Origin: an uncultured virus (IMG/VR IMGVR_UViG_3300010885_046520)
Lineage: Duplodnaviria > Heunggongvirae > Uroviricota > Caudoviricetes
Reading direction: 5' to 3' (one strand)
Length of the DNA stretch: 64,000 bases
IMG/VR virus record: IMGVR_UViG_3300010885_046520
Location: 1-64,000 of that record
Position 1 is the first letter of the stretch; the number at the start of each line of letters is the position of its first letter. The notes below the pieces were generated by a model that ran no database searches, was not told where the DNA came from, and was given only the letters and a program-made list of their open reading frames with translations. A program made the position numbers and the translations under genes. This document shows positions 40,601-49,600 of this stretch, one piece after another.

Positions 40601-43600
40601 ATCTAGTTAAATTATTTCTATTGATAGTATCGGTATTATTAACTAGTTTGGGTAGTTGTTGATCTTTGGTATTTTTAGTAGTATCAGAAATCTTTGTTGA
40701 TAGTCCTAGATTATTTTTAGCATTATTAGCAATTTCTTGTTGTAGTCTTGAGTTTAATTCTTTATCACGAATTTGTGATGACTGTTGTGTAGAGTCTAAT
40801 GTTTTAGTTTCTCCCCCAACTGATCTATAAATTACTCCACCCTTGCTCTTATTAATAGCTTGTAATAAAGGAAGATGTTGACTGGTGGCTTTAGCATTAA
40901 CAACAAATTCGCCCGGAGTTAACATTGCGGGAACGGTATCAGTTCCTCGTGGTTGATAATCTACTAATGTTCCATCTGCCGCATAAATCATTCCACCATT
41001 ACTACTTCCTTGAGCTACTCTGAACGCAGGATTACCAGCAGCAACTCTAGGATATAGTAATCCAACAGTATTGTTAATATTGAAAGCTGATAATCTAGCA
41101 GCATTAGCAGCATCAGTATCTTCTGGATTAATATAACCCATTTTCGTTAATTGTTTGCTAATATTATTCTTTAGCATGGCCTGTTGACCAGGATTCATGC
41201 CTTGACCTCTTGCTGCCATTCTATCAATGCTACTAAAGTTTCTTAATAACTTAGCAAAAGTTTTTCCTTGAGCTTTCTCTAGTCTTTTTCTCTCAGCCAT
41301 AGTAGCCACATCCGCACCATAATCACCAGACTTATTATAGATACGAAATGCTACTTGCTCAATTTGATCTTGACTCATTCTTAATATGGCAATATCTCTA
41401 TCACTATATTTATAGTTACCACCAACCGTTTGCTGACTCATTGTTTGAATAAGTGCTTCAGCTTGTTCTGGTGTGAATGGACGGAAAAGATCTTTAGCAG
41501 CATCTGCTGATAAGCCGTACTTTGTTAAGAGTTTTTCGTCTAGTCTGGGACTTCCACTTAGATTAAACTTTCCTCTAAGTTTAGATAAGGCTTGTTCTCT
41601 CCAGCCCATAAAAGCTTCTGGACTACGGAATTTATCTGGAGCACCCATACCAACAGCTTTACCTACCGCTAATTCCAAGTTAAATCGTCTAGAATTAGCT
41701 CTATTAGATGCTAAAATTTGTGCTCTATTAGCTTCTCTTTCTTGTTTTTTCTCATAGTTTTTCCATAGTCTATCTTGTTCAGCTAGTGGGATATCAACAA
41801 AAGCTTTATTATTTAATGATACAATTTGTCTATTTTTATCTTCAAGTTGTTGTAATAGCTTTTCTTTATCTCTCTTCTGTTCCTTGCTCATATCCTTAGG
41901 GTCTTTATACTTATATCTATCTATTTCTGCTTCTATTTCTTGTTTTTCTTTATTTAATTTATCTGTCTGTTTATAAACATCAACTGTGTCTCCATCAAAA
42001 GCGACCTTTGCAGCCCCTGGTGGTAATGCTGGACGATCAACCCATCGATCAGCCTGACTTTCATTTGCTGCTCGTCTTCTGTTAATATTTTCCTGATTAT
42101 TTCTATTAATAGTTTGAAAACCTGATACAGCAGCATTTGCAACTGATGATACATAAGGAACTGCTGTCTGTACTGCTCTATTAGCTGTAGCTCTAACTTG
42201 TGTTGCTCTAGTTTGTCTTCTTTCTTCTTGTCTTTGTCTTTCAACCTTTTTAGCTTTTTCTGCTCTTTTTTGCTCTGCGGCTAGTTCTGATTTTCTTTCT
42301 TGCTCATCTAAATATTGTACATGAGCTTCTGTGGCGGCATCTAGGCGAGCACTACTAGCTCCTGTTCCTCTATTTTTATCTTGTTTAGTGTCCCAAAATA
42401 TGCCAGGAACAGTATCCATTGTATTAAAAGAATCATCAATAAGTCTTATTTGTTCATCATAAAAATTTTGGTTTGAACTAGTGCCCTGAGAATTTCCTCG
42501 GGCTGCTTGATCTTTTTTCTTTAATCTTAATAGTTCTGCTTTTCTTTCTACAGCGCTTCTTTGAAATGCATTTAAGTCAAAACCACCAAGATGATCATTG
42601 GGTCTTCTGGGTCTTCTGCTAGCTTGTAAGTTTCTATTTGTTCTTATTTCACTGGTAGTTGCATCATTAGCATCTGCTAAATAACCAGCTGTTTCTTGAA
42701 TATTCATAGCTAATGCAGCTGTAATTGGAGCGAATTGTGCTGGGACACCCATAGTAGCGTGTTCAACTGAAGTTAATCCTAATTGACTGAAATTACCCAA
42801 TTGTCTATCTAACATAGTTCCTTGTTCAACACCCGTAGCCCATCCTATCATAGAATGAGCTCCAACATCACCCATGGTCTCTCCCGTGCCTGTTAACATT
42901 CCTAGTCCAGTATTAACTAATCTATTTCTATTTGTGAGTCTAGGATCAGCCATTGCTCCACTAACAGCGCCAAAAATTGATCCAAAAAATCGACCAGCAA
43001 TAGGAGCGGCAGCTCTGGCAATACCTGGAGCTTGACTAGCTCCATAACTCAAAGCTGCTCCGGGATTTCTAATAACAGATCTAGCTCCTTGATAAGCACT
43101 GCCTAACATATTTCCAGTTCTATTTAGTAATGAAGCTGGTGGTTTTGGTTTTACCGGTTGTATTCCTAACCATCTTTCTAAACCATTTGGATTTACATTT
43201 CTGGGTCTTCTTATCTCTGGGATATCGTTATCACCTAAGTCTAGTCCTGCTAATTTGACTTCAGTTATTTGTTGTATGTAGGGTTTAAAAATTGGATCAT
43301 TAATACCTAATCTAGAAGCTCGCACAGCTGCATTCCATTCTCTCCTTACCCTAGCTCCAGTCATAGCTGGATCACCCTGTCTAGCTAATAAAAATTTAAA
43401 TAAAGGATCACGAGGACTAAGATTACTAGGTACTCTATATCTATTTCCTCTTGCTATGATATTTAATGCATCACCAGCATCATCACTGCCAGATATCATA
43501 TTAGCAACTAGCGGATCTATTACATTTGCTATCTGCACAGGGTTGGTTGATCCACCAGCTAAATAAACCACCCCACCCTTAGCATATTTACCAGAATTAA

Positions 43601-46600
43601 TACTCTTTAAAAGAGGCAAATTATTTTGTGTAGCTGATCTATTAACTACAAATTCACCAGGAGTTAACATGGCAGGAACAGTGTCAGTTCCTCTTGGCTC
43701 ATAATTAACTAAAGTTCCACTAGCAGCATAAACTGGACCACCTTGTGCTCTAGTCATAACATTGCCCGGTCTGGCTAATCCTAATCCTTCATTACGACCT
43801 TGAGCATTATTAAAAGCATTGGTCAAATTAGTTAAAGCTGTTATTAAAGCTGTATTAGCAGTATTGAGTATTTGAGCTTGTTTTTCTAATAGTGGGTTAA
43901 TAGCCTTTTGAGTAGCTTCGCCCAAAGCTGCCTGTTGTTGTTTATATAGATTCTCTAGTGCTTTAATTTGTGGATCTTCTTTTGGGGCAGCTCTCAGGTT
44001 GGCAACAATTTCTCTTAAGAAAGGATTATTTTGAACATTAAGACCTTGGTTTCTGGCTGTGTTCTCAATCAAATCAGCTCTTAGATTTCCGGCTCTTTGA
44101 GGATCAGTATTATCTAATCCAGAAACAGTAATAAGCTCATTAAATAAACCAAAAGTATTCTTGGCATCACTAGCAAAAGCTTCTTGAGCAGCACCGACCG
44201 CATCCATGTGGGTGCCGCCATCCTCAATAACTTTTTGGTAAGCTTGTTGAGCAGAGATGGACTGGTTGATGGTGGTGATTTGACCGTTTAATGTTCTATT
44301 AAGAAGATCATAGGTGGAATTGAGATTTTTTAATTCTGTGGGGGTGCTTGTTACTAATTTTTCTCCAAAAGAAGCTCCGGCCTGAGTTTTACTTTCTTTC
44401 TCTGATCTTAGCTGACTAATTTTACTAAGAGTGTCTTGCATATCTTGTTTGATAAGATCTGGTAGGGTTTCTAAACCTTTTTCAGTAGCGGCGATTTGTC
44501 TATTTAGATTAGCAAGAGCTTCTTTTTGCTTGTTGATAAGAGATATAACAGCAGGATCTGCTGCATTACCTGAATTTTCTAGTTTACTAATATTACCTTG
44601 AACAGCAGCCTGCTGACCCATCAACATTGTTCTTTGGTTGGTCAAATTAGCTGCTGTTAAAGAGCCGGGTTTAATACCAGCGTTTATTGCTGCTTCAGTA
44701 TATCTGCCTGATGCTCTTTCTTTAAGAGAAATTCTTCGTCCTTCTCCTAGAGCTTCTTTGAGTGATACAGTACTGTCTGAGAGATATCCTTGTAAACTAG
44801 CAAATTTACCAATAGCTTGAGTTTGAAGTTCAGCTGCTTTTTGTACAGCTTCTCCATATTGATTTAATCCTTTTTCTATAAATTCATACTGACCCAACAT
44901 TGTATTGAAGGATTTTTTCTGAGAGTCAATTAATTGTTTTAGTCCACCAGTGCTCTCTATTAAGGACTGAGGATCTAATACTCCGTCATTCTGTTTGATA
45001 TTATCTTTAACAGCGCCTTTTAATTGTTCACGAATAGCATCAGAGATTCTATTATCTCCAAAAGTATCTATAAGTTGTTGAGTTAATTCTCTGGTAATAT
45101 CATCTCCTAAAGTTTCACTACTACCATTACCGCTCTGTTGTGCTTTAACAGCAATTTTTGTAATAGTATCTTCAGCAGAAGACCCGAACTTGGATAATCC
45201 TTCAACAAATTTCTTATCTGTACCAAACATTCCACTAACTTGACTAATTGCTGTTTGACGTTCTTTTTGTGAATAAGCATTAGGATTCTTTAATACGTCT
45301 TTAGACTTAAATTCTGTTTTTAGCGAAGCTTGACCACTTGCTATCTCATCAATTCTTTGACTGGCTTTGTCTAATCCCATAGTGGCTGCTGCAATAGCCT
45401 GATCCATGTTTTCAAAGGTTTTAGATATACTAACTGATGCAAGATTTAAAGTTCTTGCAGATTGTTGTAGAGCTTGCACCCTGGATCTTTCTGCTACAGT
45501 AGCTTGTAGTGTTGCTGTTTCTTCTTTAAAGTAAACATCTATTAACTCTTTTTGTCTCTTTTCAACATCTGCTATAATTTGTGGATCTTGTCCTGGAGTT
45601 TTCTTAATATTCTCTAATTTTTTATTTTCCAGATTAAACTTTTCATTAGTTTGAGCAATATTTAATTTTGCTAAGTCTTTATCTCCACCAAAAGAGGATA
45701 AGGCTTCCTGAATATTTGATCCACCCTCAACCTTAGCTGTAATTGTCTTAAGAGCTATCTCTCCAGCAACTTTTTGGTTAGCAGTTTCTTCTTCAGCAAT
45801 TTGCTTATCTGTTGGTTTCGCAGCTTTATACATACCGAAAGAAGCAGCTTCTAAACCACGAGTTAAATAACTGGGCTGTCGTAATTCTGCTTGTTTTGCT
45901 GATATTTTTTCTTCTTCAGCAGCAATGCTTTTAAAATTTTGAATAATTGATGATGTAATAGCGGCATCTTTTGGATTTTTATTAAGTTTTTCTAATTGAG
46001 CTTCCGCATTTGTAGCACTACCTTCTATTTTCTTTTTACTAACATCTATATCAGCTTCTGCCACTGCTTTGCCAAAGCTATCTACAGCTAATACCGCACC
46101 AGCTACTGCTCCAGCAAGTGCTCCCCAAGGACCAAATTGTGCCCCAACAGATACGGCCCCACCAAATGCTGTGCCAGCAGCAGCAACTCCTCTACCATTG
46201 CTTCCACCAACCATTGAGCCTACCGCTTCTGCTGCCATAGGAGCAGCAAATGCTAGAGCTAAACCACCATTCATATATCTAGCTCTTCTATCTCTTTTAG
46301 CTTCATATTGTGCTCTTTGAGAGTCAGACATGTTACCAATTTCTTCATCTGATGGTCCCATTATTCGACTTCTAATTGAACCCAATCCTCTAGATGCTCC
46401 TTGAAACGCTTTGGAAAGTGTAGGAAAGCTTTGTGCTAATCTGCTCTGAGATTGAGTATTTGTTTGAACAGCTTTATACAAACCTCCCCACGCATCTGCC
46501 ACCTTTCTTTCTGCGGCGGCCTTGGCCATAGAAACACTAACGCTACTATCTGTTGCTCTAATTTGTCTAGTAAGAGATGCTACTTGTTTACGTTGAGCAT

Positions 46601-49600
46601 CTGCTACGGCCTTGGCGGCATTTTGATCTCCTAAATCAGCTGCTTGTCTAGTACCAAGACTCACTCCTCCGACTACTTGATCTTCTGCTGACCTATAAGC
46701 TGTATCGAAATCGACAGAAGGATTGGCTGTTGCTATCTGATTTACAATTTTAGCTAATAGATCATCTACTGCTTTTTCAGCCTGTGCTGATACCGCATCA
46801 AAACTCGCTACTGCTTCATATGTTGTGCCACCCCCAGCAAATCGTTGTATTCCACGAACAGCACCACCAGAACGATAGCCTAAAGCTTTAGTTGCAGCTT
46901 CACGAAGAATAAAGCTACCTACTGGTAAGTTTATCGGCCCTATACTATCACTAGTTCCTGTACCCGAACCTTTAAAAACACTAATTCCCCCAGAAGAAAA
47001 TGAACTCATTCCATTACGATCTGCTTGATTCATTCGGTTGAGTTTACCATATCCTATTGCCTTGGCTGTTTCTGGTGGAACATAAGCCTCACCATTAGAA
47101 ACCATAGCTTGAACATGTCCACCCGATGCATAACCTCTAGCTTTAAGATAATTACCAATTTGGTCTTTTAGTTCTGCTGGGCCATTAAGGGTAAGTTTAG
47201 CATCTGTTGGAATATTTTGAGGAAGATTAAAATATTTAGCAGCATCCTGAAGACCATCTGGGAAGTCGATACCATAATTGGTGGCGGCTTTATTTGCTAT
47301 TGGACCACCAAGCTGATGAATAATACTTTCAGCCATATATCCCTGAGCATTGGCCTCGCCCATCTTTTTACGATCAGAAGATTTAACTTTTTTATTCTTA
47401 TATAGATAGGTGTTAATACCTGCTGCTTTTGCTGCATTAATATTTCTCTCATCATCATCAATAAATGAACCAGACTTGTCCATCTCTTTAAGTTTAAGTT
47501 CGGCAATTTGTTCAGCAGTACGATCTGGACCACCAACACCTTTAATTCTATCTATTGGTATTGGGAGTCCATTTTTAGCTAACCATGTAGCAATCAAACC
47601 CATAGTTGCTTGTGGCCTAGCTGAAATCACATGTAAATTATCAAGTAGTTCTGGAGTTTTCTTAACTTGACTAACAAGAGCTTTACCTAATTTGCTAAGT
47701 GTAGCTTTTGCTAGAGCCCTCTCTACTTTTGTCTTATCAGAAAATTCACTAAATCTTGGTTTTCTAGGATCAGATAGAATTTTATCAGCACCAAAAGCTA
47801 ATGTCCTATCAAAATCAGAATATATGGGACCAACTTGTTTTAAAATATCTCTAATCATTACATTCTTGGTTAAGTTTTGACTTTCACCACTCATCGCTTG
47901 AGCCATCCTCTTGATGTCTCTTCCAGCAGCGTTTTTATCTAGGACACCACTAGTAATTCTAACTTTAACTGGATTATTTAGTCCTGGAATATCCATTCTG
48001 GGAGTTGTAGCAAAAGCTTTGCCCTTGAATCCAGCAGCACCAAACAATAGACCCTCTGTAGTTGCTTTTTGTATATCCAGATCATTTGCTGCTTTAATTC
48101 CAGAAGTTTTCTTTGTATAAGCTGCTAAGATTTGATCTTTGATGCTTTTTTCCTGTGGACTTAATGCATTTTTTTTCTTTAATATTTTGAGTATATCACC
48201 AGCATTTGCTCCACTAGCTTGCATTGCTCCTTGTAGAGTAAGAACTTTTAATATTTCGCTAGAAGTAGCTGTTGTTCCTGCTGTTGGAGTTACCAAACCA
48301 GCATTAGCAAACTTACGAATAAAACCTCCGGAAGCTCTATTATTTTTCCCTTGATTTTTTGCGTATAAATCTCTAATTTCATTCATTACCAAATCTTTAT
48401 TAGGCATCTCATAAACATTAATATTACCGATGTCCTTAGACTCTGGAGAAGAAAGAGTAAATGGCCTAGTTAAATTTCTAACCACTCTTGCTCTTAATAA
48501 CTTATCTAAATAATCTGTTTTAGACACCATACCAGAAGGACGAAATTTTACTTCTCCTACTGATTTTCCATCTGCACTAATAAGATCTACGGGATAACTA
48601 TTTCTACGAGGAATATTTTCAATTTCTCCAGTTGGTATATATTGTTTTCCTACTCGTTCTTTTATAGTTCTAGAAAGTAATCTCTCATATGCTTCAGACC
48701 ATTTGGGGCTCTCATCTGCTGTTCCAAGCTGACTAATTCTTCGTGCTCCTTCTTTACCAGCTAAAAAGTCTTTTGGTGATTTATCACTTCCTCTTCTTCC
48801 TAAAAGATTAGAGTAGCTTTGCATTTGTGTTGGAGTAGCTTTATTTTTTCCTAATGAAAATCTCTGATTTGTTGGAGAAATAGGTAGACCTTTTCTCATG
48901 TCATTATAAATTTCTCTTGCAATACTCTTAACGTTCAATCCTAACATCCACGGCTCTATCTGTTTAATAAATCCTGAAGCACTATCTTCATTAACGTTCA
49001 TATACCTAGCTATTTTAGGATTTTGAGAAATTAATGAAACAGCTTGAGGTAGTTTTTGGATAGATACTGGTCCTACTTTTCCTCCTCCAGCATGTCTATT
49101 AATACGATGAAGATTTCCTACTCCAATACTACGAACAGCACTTTTTCTAAGAACAAACTCTCCCGGCGTTAACATGGCCGGAACAGTATCTCCATCTCCA
49201 GAACCTGGAACATGACCACCAGCAGCAAAAGCTCTGATTTGTCCACCCTGATTATTTCTGGTGGGTCTAATACCACCAATAAATCCTCTACCGAACTGAC
49301 CAAGAGCAGACAAACCTCTCATTGCAAATATAGCACCAAGAGCTGGTAATGCTCCCTTGGCAGCATCTGTTAATCGAATTAAATTACTAGTTAAATCTAA
49401 AGATAATTTAACGAAAGACTGAAATCCAGAACTTTGTCCAATGGATCTTACTAAGCCTACAAACTCATTTCTTACTTTTGCCATTTGAACAGCTAAAGAT
49501 TGTTGTGCGGTGGCAGCATCAATTGCTAAAGAGTCTTGTCCACTTTGTGCAACCTTTAATGCTGCTTGAGCAGTTGCGAACTGTTGAATTAATGGAATCA

